Shown here piece by piece: positions 27,951 through 40,016 of a stretch of 64,000 bases of DNA (position 1 is the stretch's first letter; each line of letters opens with the position of its first letter). Both the position numbers and the translations under genes were made by a program. The notes under the pieces are model-generated. The model was not told where the DNA came from. It saw nothing but the letters and a program-made list of their open reading frames with translations, and ran no database searches. This DNA is from Balanoglossus misakiensis. Lineage: Eukaryota > Animalia > Hemichordata. Where the stretch lies: positions 10,091,519 to 10,155,518 of the forward strand of contig CM082578.2 of assembly GCA_040954595.2 (NCBI GenBank), given 5' to 3'.

Positions 27951-28224
27951 TGGTCTTTCGTCTGCTACAGAACGTCTGCTACTGTTTCCGGCGGCGCTTT
28001 CAAGTTCGAGAGTTTGTACGCGTATTTTCCGTGTATTTTATCATCATTGATTGTGTCACAAGTTATTGCAACGCTTTTTAAGAATTTCACTGCAACCTGC
28101 ATTTTTCTGATAAGTGTTCTAAGGTCTCACTGGACTAGTAGGTCCAGTGGACGCGTGATCATACATGTGCACATGTACATTTCACAATGTGCTGTTTACC
28201 ATGTGTTTACGAGACCATTGTGAG

Positions 28225-28327
28225 CACAGGCTCTGAACTCACACTGGTTGTAGCCTGATTCAACCCGTAAATAAGATATAAGAAATTTCTCATATACGCC
28301 ACAACCAGTGTTAGTCCAGAGCCCGTG
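28225..28327. mobile_element. 103-bp MITE with 30-bp TIRs and 8-bp TSD (hAT- or P-like)
   Basis: Left TIR CACAGGCTCTGAACTCACACTGGTTGTAGC (28225-28254) versus reverse complement of 28298-28327, CACGGGCTCTGGACTAACACTGGTTGTGGC (4 mismatches). Perfect direct repeat ATTGTGAG at 28217-28224 and 28328-28335. Termini are CA...TG. Confidence 0.85.
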
Positions 28328-28415
28328 ATTGTGAGTGTGACATACTAAAATTACAACTCTGCATTTGATGATATTGGTAACTCAGGTATTTTCTGTATTT
28401 CCTACCAATTCACAG

Positions 28416-31400
28416 GTGTACTATTTTGGAACAATGGCACTGACTGGTCTATGTGCAGTGAGGTATGCAATGACACTGGAATTGAAGAACGCAACTTCAC
28501 CTGTGTACATCAAAATGTCACTGACCTACCCAACTGGGCAGAACCATGTAACTATGAGGGAGAAACAATGGTTGAAAACAGGACATGTGAAACTGACCCT
28601 TGCCCAGGTATGTAAAGAGTCGGTATCTGATACCCGGTACTGCAAATTATGCATGTCCATCTATTGTGAAAATATTGAAATGTCTCTGAGGAATATGTCA
28701 ATGCAGCATTGCTATTTTTATGCTAAATGTTTCAGGTACTACATGTAGTTGATTGTTTTGGTACACTTATCAAACCTATAGAGAACAACATTCATTAAAC
28801 CTAATCTTTTTCTGGGGATTATTAATCTGTGATTTTCACACTGAATAATTTCACCAGGTCTTCTAACCTTCATTCAGAAAAATGAACTTACTTGCCCCAA
28901 TTACAATTTCATACTTTCATCTTCATGAATTATGCATGACTTGTGCACCTTATTTTCTTCACTGCTGCCATGCCAGTCATGTTCCACATTGGCTGTTGGA
29001 GGTCCTCAACCCAACCCCAGATCGTCACCCTGGAGACCAGCGACTTGCCTGTGCTGTACGGCCACTGGTCAGAGCGGACGCACCCCATTGAGCGGTGTGC
29101 CATTGCAGCCACCAGTCTTGGCTTTGATATTTTTGCACTGAGGGATGGAGGAGAGTGTTTGTCCTCTGCTAATGCTGATCAAAAGTTTTCCACAAAAGGG
29201 CCATACACAAAGTGTGTCAACGGTACTGGTTATGATAAGGAAAACATGGATGTGTATACATCAGATCCAGGTAAAGGACGGTTATTTCCATTGCATTATA
29301 GTATCTGCTCTGCATCTGCACTTTAAAGTAGAATAGACATTTCAGAGTGTCAGAGTGGTCTGAGCTCAGTTTGGAGTGGAGCTTTATATCGTTGATGTCA
29401 TCAGCAAAGTTAAGATATTGATGTTCAGAATTGGTGTAATAAAGTTGGTTCTCAAAGTTTATGTACCACATACGGGACTAGTACCAAAGGCTGGATCCAG
29501 ACAAAGTATATTGACAGATTATATACCGGCACGTGTGCATATATCCCCTGCAAATGATGGAAAGTGCAGAGGTGATCACCTTGTCTTTTGGTGTGAAGGA
29601 CAGAACAACGGCGTATTTCATTCATGTGAAGTGCCGAGATGTAACAAAAAATATCTCCCTTTTCTTTCCTGACCATCTCAGCTAGCTATGTGGGCTTGTG
29701 GACCACTTGGGCCCCATGGCTGTCCTGCTCCGGTGCCTGTGATGGTGGCAACCAAACCAGGAAGAGATACTGTGTAGCCAGCAGTGACTGCCCTGGGGAG
29801 TCCTGTCAGTACCAGCCTTGCAACGAAGATCCTTGTCCGTGGGAAGGGCTTGGACCAGATGATGGTAAGAGGCTGGGGTAATAATTCACAATTCAGTCCC
29901 TGAAGATTGAGTTTTTCTTCATATTTGTGACGGTGATCGGTGGGCGAACTTGTAAGCATGGTTTGAATTGCAGGATACCAGTTTTTGTCAATCCACTTGG
30001 CCTGGCTATATCTCATTACCATTTCAGGCTTCAACATAATTCTATGTGACCTGTTTTGTTATTTTTTTACTTATTTTTTTTTTACATGAACACTGATGCC
30101 ATATCCATATCCCAACATGAAACTTCAGGTGACACTAGTAACAACAGCTTTTATTTTTTGGTCATAGAAATCTACAGGTGGTTAGGATGTTGGAAGTACA
30201 ACCTGCCGGAGAACTTGGAGGAAAAGAATATTTCCGTGTTGGACACTGATCCTGAGAACAGAGTGGTCGCCACACTGAAATGTGCCTCTGCAGCCTACGG
30301 CACGTACGCCATGTTCTCTGTCAGAGCTGGTAGCTGTTTCGCCAGTGTCAACTTCACTGATGAGTACTTGACACATCCAGATAATCTGTGTGGTGGTGGC
30401 AGAGGCAGCCACAGAAGTTCCGATGTTTTCGTCTTTACTACAGGTAGGTTACCCATGCCCTTGATTTGTAGGGTTGCTTTATTTTCATGAGAGACACATT
30501 GTCAGCCTCTTGTCATAGTGGTTAAAGGGCAGACTCGTTCGTTTCTGCCGAATTTTAAACTGAAAAGAGCCCAAGCGAATGAATTAGGATAATTTCTCTG
30601 TGTCATTGATCATGCCCCCACAGAACCAGAATCACTGGTCATTGATGGCCAGTGGTCGGTGTGGACCGACTACACATCCTGCACGTCGGCCTGTGATGGA
30701 GGCACAAAAAATCGGACCAGGGTATGCAGAAACCCCCCACCGGATCTGACTAGTCAAGACTGTGTTGGAGAGCCACGGGAGATTCCGGACTGTAACACGG
30801 AAGTGTGTCCGCCCGATTTGAGTGAGTTAATTCCCAGAGTGACTTGCAGTGCCAGTGACCAATATCTCCGAGTGTGTAAAACTGGGATAAGATTTTTCCA
30901 CACAAATTGGGGAGATTTTGTCTTACATATGAGCCATGCGTGTTGGTGAATGTAGATATAAGAATAACAAGACAGAGTAACAAGTGCAAGAAATCTTATC
31001 CCGTATCCTTGGTGTGTGAGATTCTTTTTCTCACAATTTATCACAAAAATGTGTTAAATTTGCAATAGAATTATAAAATTACTGACTGCTTGACAGTCGT
31101 CTGGCATGTTGTAGTTCATGTCCACATACGTGTGGTACACATTGCTCCCAATTGGTTCAAATTTCATGCGTGTTAGTCAGAGAACATTTATCATCCAATC
31201 AGTACTCATGCTGTATAACGCATTCAAGCAGGCCTTATGATATAAGTTACAAGTTACAAATTACAGTTACAAGCTACTTTGTTTTTGTATAAAAATTACT
31301 GAGGTCACTGTACAGGTACATAAGTTGCCATGCTACTAATACCATTTTGTTCACAGCATACAAACACATAGGTTGTTGGCAGGACACACTTGATCACAGT

Positions 31401-34400
31401 ATCGAAAGTCTTGAAGGACGTGTTTCGCTGCTCGATGGGTACACTGTTGGCTTAAGGTTTGACGTCATCAGGAAATGTGCTCTGGCTGCCTACAGACGGA
31501 ACCACAAGGTTTTTGCACTGCAACAAAATGGGCTCTGCAGATCAGGTAACAACTTTTTGATTCAAGGAGTGAAGTTCACGAAAATTTATCGTTCGCGAAA
31601 ATTTCCCGTTTTAATAGTATGTGTCCGGCATCTGTGTGCTTTTATTTTTGGATGAATGGCAGAGTAGTCTAGTCACACCAGTCCTGTCTTTGTTGAGATT
31701 GGGACAATTGTATCAGCAAGCACTTAAAGCTGAATACGGACAATTAAAACATCAAATTTCACTATAAAAAGGGTACTGTAAAACGGGAAATTTTCGTGAC
31801 TCATACAGCCTGACAATTAAAAGCCACACCATCATCACCAGTCACCGCAACTTCAATATCGAATATCCCAATTTTATGACAGATGCCACGGCCCAGTGCA
31901 AGTTCGACATGTACTCAACTGGCGAGTGTGGATCCAACGGTCTCGGAGCATACCTCATGAACGACGTCTATTCACTGGATATGTCGGTGCCAGACGGCGC
32001 ACTGAGCCTTTACTTCCCTGGCAAGTACATCGTTTTTAACATCTGTCACAATTCTCGCTCCCTTAAATAGTTTTTACTTCATATGCTACGTACGGGAGTC
32101 AAATCACATAAATTGCATTGTGGGTGAAAAAGTTGACAACTCACTGTTGTATAAAAAGTTTGAAGAATATGTTAAGGCCAATACTTACTATTAGCGTTTT
32201 TGGTATCTTACTCTGGCCCATCTTAAATCCTCGATATGTTATTCTCGCAATTTGTAGAATGCTTCACAGAAGAAGAGGAAGAACAGTTACCAGCTCAGGT
32301 AAGGATGCATTGCGTTACTGCATGCTGTCAAATGTAGTTGTCATGAAATATGGCACTTACAGGCTGAACCTGATCCCCAATATACACAACAGTACATCTT
32401 ACTGCTCTCGTTTTCACAGTTGAATTACTTGAAGAAGAAGTCGTCGTTGACCTTGACAGAAGCCAGCAGCGTTCTCGATCAGTATTTGCACTACATGGAA
32501 GACGTGGAACACCTGTCTGCTGAGACGCTTGTGGACAGTCTGAACATCTTGGAAGAAATCGCCAAGAAAACAATTGTGCCGGCCGATTCTGAGCCCGAGG
32601 AGTACATGATCAAGTTTGCCAGGGCCTCCAGTGATCTCTTGGATGGTAATGAGAAGGAGACATGGATTGAGGTATTAATTGAGTTGAAGGAAGTGTCATG
32701 CCACTCAGCATAGAATTTTTTACGCGGGAGGATTTTTTGAAGAAAAAAAATGTTGTCAGATGGTGCAAGAAAAAAAAGTGGCTGACATTTATAGCCTCCA
32801 CCCCCTCCCAGAAATCAAATGGTTCTCCCCTTACTGACAGTGTAAATTATTTTCAACTCCAGAGCTGACATTGTTAATTTCTAAACACAAGATACGGCAT
32901 ACATATGTTGGCACTTTTAGAAACTATCCAAGAAATCAGGGCCTGGCAGGATGAATTGATTTTGATTTTCCTCTCTCCCTCACCCCCTCCAGTCTAGTAA
33001 TGAAACCAGCAAGATGTTGCTGATCAGTGAGCTCCATGGCATCAATGTTGCCAAGAACATGGACGAAGGTGACTCAGAACTTGTGGTTGCGGAAAATTTG
33101 GGTGAGTTTTCACTCAGAGGAGTGTAGTGGACTATGAGTGTGACTTTTGTACTGATGACATGTTGATGCACCGAGGCATGAGGGTTAATCCTTTATTGTG
33201 ACTGGGATTGTAGTGAGAAACAGACAATTTTCAACAATGGGAGTATTTATTATTGGAATTACAGTAAAAACTTACAAAATATTTCCGTTTAAAGAAATTA
33301 GATGTTGTGTACTGTGCAATGTTTTCTCATTTTGTCAATGTGTTACTTCAAAAAAAAATCATCAAAACCCCACTCTGATTAATTTTCCTTTGCTCTTCAC
33401 TGTGCCAGTGATCCAGTCTGCGGTTATCAGCATCAGTGACAGCGATTCCGGTGTTTCTCAAGGCATCACTTTGCCGTTCCAGACCGACCCTGGAGATTTG
33501 TCCGACATTGATTTTCCGACCAGCTCCGTCTATCTCCCGGCATCCCTATTCCACAGCGAGGAATACCAAGGTAGTTAGGTTTTTAATCCTTTTAAGGTGA
33601 CAGCAGCTGTAAGTTTTGATGTTTATTTCGATATATTTTGGTTTAAAGGCCAAGTACATTGTAATTCAATTTGCCAACAATGGCAAATGGATTTCCAGCC
33701 ATTTTAAATTCTATTTGGTCATAAAGATCGGTACAGCATGCTCACAATCAGCCAGGCACCAGTTAAGGCACCTGACAGATCAAATTCAAAACATTTTAAC
33801 TTAGCTTGATGAACTTCAACATAATGTTTATTTCATTCTTTTTTTTCACCAGCAACTGATGTCGTCTTAGTGACCAGCATCAATTATCGGACAATTGGGC
33901 AACTGCTGCCTCTCTCGATCGCAAACAGGTAACATCTAGTGTGATGATAATCTCTGTACACTTTTTTTTCAAACTACTGTAACCAGGTTTTAGATCTGAT
34001 TATCGAGCCAGAACGTCCTGCATTATGTGCATAGGTTTCAAATAAAATATTTTCAGAATATTGATCATCACTCTCTGATTGGAATTCAATGGTGATATCG
34101 TGCAGTGTCGAAAGTAAAAACAAAACCAAGTAACTGGCAGAACACAGAAAGAACTCTTCAGTCCTTTGGTGGCATGTTCTTATGTCAGATGAATTGGCCG
34201 TAGGAATGAAGTTCCCTGTTAAATGTTTGAATAGAAAGAGTGAGGTTCTATGTAGCATAAACTGCCAGACCAGGCATGCACGACACATTTGTTCACTATC
34301 AGCATCATGTGATACACGAAGATTCTTGTTATAAATCTGTATACATTTCCACCTTCAGTTCAGATGGACTAAATGGCTCGGTCGTCAACTCCGTGGTGAC

Positions 34401-37400
34401 TTCGGTGAAACTGGAGCCGCCGCTGGTCAGCGTCCTGACCACGGAGCCCATCCTGATCACACTGGCCCATCTCTACCCCACCAAGGACAATGATCCAAAC
34501 ATCACCTGCGTTTTCTGGGATTTCGATGCAAAGTAAGCAAAATCCAAAATCCATTACATACTGATACGGCAGAAATCTTAATTTTGGTGTTAAGCAGTTC
34601 TGTGTAGCGTTCGGCTCAGACTTGCAATAGCCTGAAATTTGCGAGATTCAGGGGGTATTTTTAATGGTTGCTATATTTTTTGAATCTTTTATTAAACAGG
34701 CCTGAGACCCAGGGTGCATGGTCCACCAGTGGATGTGAACTTCAAAGTCAGAATACCACACACAGTGTATGTCAATGTAATCACCTTACCAGCTTTGGAG
34801 TCCTCATGAAAGTAACAGATTTTGAGGTAAAATATTTCTGCTTTTCCTTGGGGAAGAAGCATACAAGTACCGGTATACCAACTTCTGAACTATGCAGTTA
34901 TTTCTGATATCACACAGTCACAAGGCTGTAGTAAACACGGGCTGTATTTTGACCCATTCGCCCCTATTTTCCACTGTAGAGGTCCAGAAAACTTCGTCTT
35001 TATTGATATAAATATTCTCCCTCGTTTCAGATGTCGACCGCTGACCAGTTTGCTCTCAGTATCATCACCTACATCTGCTGCGCCATCTCGCTGCTGGCCC
35101 TGACACTGGCATTTGCAATATTCGTCTACTTGGAGTGAGTGCAAAAACATTTGACTATTTTTGCGGTGATAGGACCAACATAGCAGGTTCTCCGCAAACT
35201 TAAAGTCTGAAAACGGCAGCGCTATGAAGCTTATTGCCTCAGCTTTTGCAAGTGTTTGCATAAAGTACACCACGAAACAAGACATAACTTAATGTATATG
35301 TTAATTTTATTTAAAAATTACAAAACGGACATTGAGGGATATACATGTAAAACTGAATCAAAGTCACCTCCTTTACCATCAGGTGACGTAATATTTTTGT
35401 CGTATCACACACATTGTTTGCCATGAACAGGACAAATTTTCAATTTTCAAACACCGAACAAGTGCTGCATTACCATGCATATGAAGACTATACAGAGGTT
35501 GCTACCTACAGCAGGCCTTATAAACAGACTCTGAGGTGACGTGTAACAATATTTCTGACATTCTTTGTGCTTTCATTCCATCATTTGCCAGCAATCTGTC
35601 GTCCGAGCGCACAACGATCCACAAGAATTTGATCATCGCCATTGGTATTGGACAGATTGTCTATTTAGTTGGGATAGGGTCTACTGGTAACGAGGTAAGT
35701 GTGTCATTCTGACTTCAAATTTAAAATAATGACATTTTGATAGAATCTAAATATTTTTAATAGCATTGTCATGTTGTCTCAGCTAAGTTTTCATTGAGCA
35801 CCATTTATTGGTAGGATGTAAAAACAAAATAATGCACAATACATGTGGTTGAGGGCAGCATACCCAAGCGGTACACCTCAGACTTTCGTCGTTCTGTTTA
35901 TCTCACAAGATCAATGATATCACTTTTTGCTTTAATTAAAATTCTTGGAAAAATTTCAGAGATAAGTCAAAGATGGATTTATGCACTTTGATTTTTTTTT
36001 TACCACAAGAGGTCATATTATTGCTGGGGTTTGTGGTCTGGTATGTGTTTGTGTTCATTTGAATAAACTTTTGTTTTAAAAACTTTTTGAACCCACCAGA
36101 TCGCCTGTACAGCAGTGGCCATCCTCTTGCATTTCTTCTACACGGCCGCATTCACATGGATGTTGAATGAAGGCCTTCATCTCTACAGCAAAGTGGTGGA
36201 AGTCTTCAGCAACAGCAGCAAACTCATCTACTACTATGGCATCGGATGGGGTGCGTCAACTTTCCTCCCCTAGCGCCACTGACCTTTGGTCTAATCCCAC
36301 TGTTTTTTCCAGCAGTGTGGTTGAACCCATTCACATCTCAGAGACTAATCATATGCTATGTATTACTTTGTTCTAATGATATTTTTCTTCCATATGTTTC
36401 TTTATACAGGTATACCATTACTGATTGTGTGCATTTCTGTGGCAATAAGGTCTGATGGGTATGGCACAGAGGATTTGTGAGTATTTATTGCCTGCGTAAA
36501 AAAAATTGAAGTCCATTCCTTTTGCATAATTCAAGACAAATATCTCATGATATCCCTCCAGAATATTTAACAGTCAGTTTAGTCTATCTGTTGGATGACG
36601 AATAAAACAAAATAAATTTAGACCTTTTTGGGGGAGACCCCAAATAATGAAAGGCTTTGGATATTTATTTGTTCCACCTTTTTTTATGTCTGTAACAGCT
36701 GTTGGTTGAGTCTTGAAGATGGTCTGATCTGGGCATTTGTAGGCCCTGTTCTAACAATCATTTTGGTGAGTTTTCTTATTTCTTGCAAAAAAACTGTTAT
36801 ATCCCCCCCCCTGCACACACATATACATGTACACTCCAGTATATCTTGTGGTGTCTTGCTTTTTATTCCTTACCTGCAATCACAATATTGGCATATCACA
36901 ATACAGAGCAGAACAAATGATTTTCATATTGTTTGTCTTATCTGTATTTCTTCTTTCTCTCTCGATTTCACTTTAATGTAGATTAACTTCATCGTGATGG
37001 TCCTTGTCATTCGCATCATTGTGCTATCAGCCTCAGCCATAGCACTGCCAGCTGGTAAAGAGAATGGGGGTCATATCAAGTGAGTACATCCACGCATGCA
37101 TATCACATACAGCTTTTAGAAAAAAGATGTCTCTGTCATTGTGTTTTTTTATCGTAAAAAGGGTATCATTTTTCTCAATTTCCATTCTGCCTTTTGTTAG
37201 TTCCACTGTCAGTCTCAAGACACAGAGCTTATCAAGTAGTTTGATTGTCTATCAACAATTGACTTCATAGATCAGAATAATCCACGTGTCCAGTTGCTTA
37301 AAATTCTTTTGTATGCAAGTCCCTTGAGATGTTTTGCTTGATTTTTTTTTATCAGGGCTGGCGTGAAAGGACTGATGATATTGCTGCCTATCTTGGGTGT

Positions 37401-38970
37401 GACCTGGCTGTGCGGTCTCTTTGCTGTCAATGAACACATGATCTTCATGGAGTACCTCTTTGCAATCCTCAACTCACTGCAAGGACTCTTCATATTTCTG
37501 TTTCACTGTGTTGGCAGCTCGGAGGTGAGATATCTTCTGCATTCTTTCGAGTTCTTTATACGTAAAACATGACCATCTCCCATTTGGTGTGTTTGGCTAT
37601 TTGACAGGATGAATGTATAAACTTCTTTCTTGGTTTCAAGCTACTGATTTTTTTTATAATAACGCTGTTTCTCCAGGTGAGATCTGCATTCAAACGCAAG
37701 AAGGAACAGAGATCCCTGACCAAGGACTTTAACACTGTGATTTCCTCTGGATCAAAGGGATTCAACCAGGACACCGGCACCACAAAGTTAGGAGAGGTAG
37801 GACTCATTGCAATCAGATTAAAATCAGATGTAGGGTTGGTTGATCTTAACCTTTTTGCTAATTGGTGTGGCCTATGTAACTGTTGTTCTAATGATGTAGT
37901 CACTCCATTTTATAAACCTCAAAATTATAGTACATGTACATGTAACTAGAAAATGACGTTGCATTAATCTCGTGTGGGGGGGCAGAGTACTGCCAGCCAA
38001 ATCCAGATCATGCTGACGCCGGCCGACATCGTGGAAGCGGAGACAGAACAGGAAGGCGACATTGTCATAGAGGAGGATCCCAGCGACGGAGAAGACAGTG
38101 CGCCCGGCATGAAATGGAAGAGGAATATCAACCCCTATGAGAGGACCGATCCGGACGGATACCACAATTCTGCCTTGGAGTGGAGTAAGTGATTTGATCT
38201 ATGCAGCTTCGGTCGTGGAAGTGTCTTGTCCTTTGCCGGGGTACCGGTAGAACTGTTGCGAAAATGCTGTCAGTAATAATGGAGATGAGGCTTGGACACA
38301 CAAGGAAAGTTACAGACAATACAAAAACATTTACCCACCTCCAATTTTTGTTTTACTAATTTGTCACTGAACAGATATGGAGTTTGACAGATCAAACCGC
38401 ATACCGAGTATCTCTGGAAGACCAGTTTCGTCTGGAAGTAGCCAGTCCGGCAGCGACCAGGTGAGGCTGGTGGAAAGTGACACCATCAGATCGGACGACA
38501 GTTCCAGTCTCGGCAGCAGCAGGCCATCCTCTACAATTCAATATCACGGAAGAACTCCGTCCTCGTCGGCAAGGAGCATTCCCGAGGTAAAGTTTTTTTT
38601 TTTTTTTTTTTTTGGGGGGGGGGGGGGGTTCTGTTTGTGACCTATATTGGTATTGGTGTGCGACCCTACCAGTGGGCACTATCTCAAACTTTAAAGAGTG
38701 ACATAAAATAATGTTGTAACCCAGGAGAGATACAGTGTATTTCTCATTCTGCATAGCACGGGCGAAACTCTTTTTTCTCAGGTTTTTAAAGCATGCAGTC
38801 TCACCAACCACGGGCTATTTGATTTAAATTCCCTGCTGCCTCCGCAGGTTGAGATGACCATGCCCAACCAGACTGTGGACGCAGAGCAGACTGCAGGCTT
38901 CCGCCAGTCAACCCCTGGGGCTGCCAGGAACCTGTATCACAGATCTCCCAAAGTCTACAGCAGCAGCTAA
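28416..38970 (+). CDS. Adhesion GPCR (class B2): [TSP1 + WSC-like]x3 - GAIN/GPS - ADGRD-like 7TM - Ser-rich tail; >=1274 aa, N-terminal exon(s) unresolved
   Basis: Exons (plus): 28416-28607, 28977-29270, 29682-29864, 30168-30443, 30624-30821, 31357-31545, 31883-32020, 32258-32298, 32420-32671, 32993-33101, 33409-33570, 33853-33928, 34359-34532, 34700-34826, 35031-35134, 35592-35694, 36100-36250, 36410-36476, 36699-36765, 36982-37079, 37356-37524, 37677-37796, 37986-38184, 38375-38586, 38848-38970 (TAA). Phases are consistent with no internal stops. GPS: CVFWDF...GAWSTSGC...[13 protein letters not shown]. 7TM motifs [65 protein letters not shown] and [14 protein letters not shown]...SEVRSAF closely resemble ADGRD1/GPR133. 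Confidence 0.92.
31576..31799. mobile_element. Two outward-facing terminal fragments of a CTGTA-ended MITE family
   Basis: CGAAAATTTCCCGTTTTAATAGTA (31596-31619) and TACTGTAAAACGGGAAATTTTCGTGA (31774-31799) are near reverse complements. The same terminus occurs at 59746. Confidence 0.55.
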
Positions 38971-40010
38971 AGAGCTGTTCATCATTCAAAATTGCCGTCT
39001 TCAGAATCAGCATGGAGCTCGTACGAGTTTCTATAATGACCAGCCTTTATGTAACTCCCGTCCATGTCACAATACTTTCAGTTTTAAGATACTTTAGTGT
39101 CAGCAATATGGCATTGTCCGTTATATTTACTGTACATGGTAGTGGATGTCATTATTTAGACAATCAACTTTTCAGATTTTTTTCCATGAAATATCAAATA
39201 CCAAAGTGTATATTATTTGGTATATTCCAAAGTGGAATTATGTATTCTATTACACCAGTAATTACTCACTATCAGGTTCTTTCACGTTTTAATTTCACAT
39301 ACACCCAACATTCTATGTTCTCTAAATATTATGACGCCACGAGCACTGTACAAGCATGTCCTCCATTGATCTTTCATGTTTCGAGGCCATCTGCAATGTA
39401 CATCTCTGCAGGAAACTTTATGCTGTTTTTGGGGGGGTTAAAATCAGAGATCTTAATTATAAATTCAATTTGCCAGAAAACTACTCTGTAAGGCATTAAG
39501 CGAGCTTGCAGTTCTGTTGAAGAAATCACCAAAGCTGTTATCAGGATACACAATATTTATTATTTATAATGAAAATTCAACATTTGTTGATCTGCCAGTT
39601 TTTCAGATACACACATTAACAGTTCCAGCCAGATTTTCGATCGCTTGTTATCAAAAATATAGATTTATGAAAAATGGGGTGAAAATTTCTAGAATATTGT
39701 TAAATTGCTTATCATCTCTTTCATTAATTTTACCTCCAAGAACGGGGAAGGTAAATTTGGAGGAAATTGTTTTGTGACTGGGGCTATGGTTTTGACCAGT
39801 TTTTAGTGGGATTCAGAGGATATTTTGTGCAGTAATTTAAATGACAACATCTCAGAAACGATACATCAGTATTAGTCTTTAGTCATTTTACTAAGAGAAG
39901 AAAACCTTGACAGTACTTATGACTACATGTACAATTTTAGATATTATACAAATTATTATTATTTATTATTATTTAGTGGTAGTACTAGATTTAACATTTA
40001 GATCAATGTA

Positions 40011-40016
40011 AATAAA
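40011..40016 (+). terminator. Candidate poly(A) signal for the adhesion GPCR
   Basis: AATAAA ~1 kb after the stop, at the end of an AT-rich UTR-like region. Alternatives at 40792-40797 and 40901-40906. Confidence 0.4.

Noticed and set aside
32785-32835. CCCCCTCCCAGAAATCAAATGGTTCTCCCCTTA, a possible MITE terminus (similar remnant near 25010-25045)
   Set aside because: Only one end is visible, with no partner TIR or TSD, so no element could be delimited.
39012-39491. 159-aa ORF just after the aGPCR stop
   Set aside because: Lies in the AT-rich 3'UTR with composition typical of random AT-rich DNA; no homology recognised and the TAA stop context does not suggest read-through.
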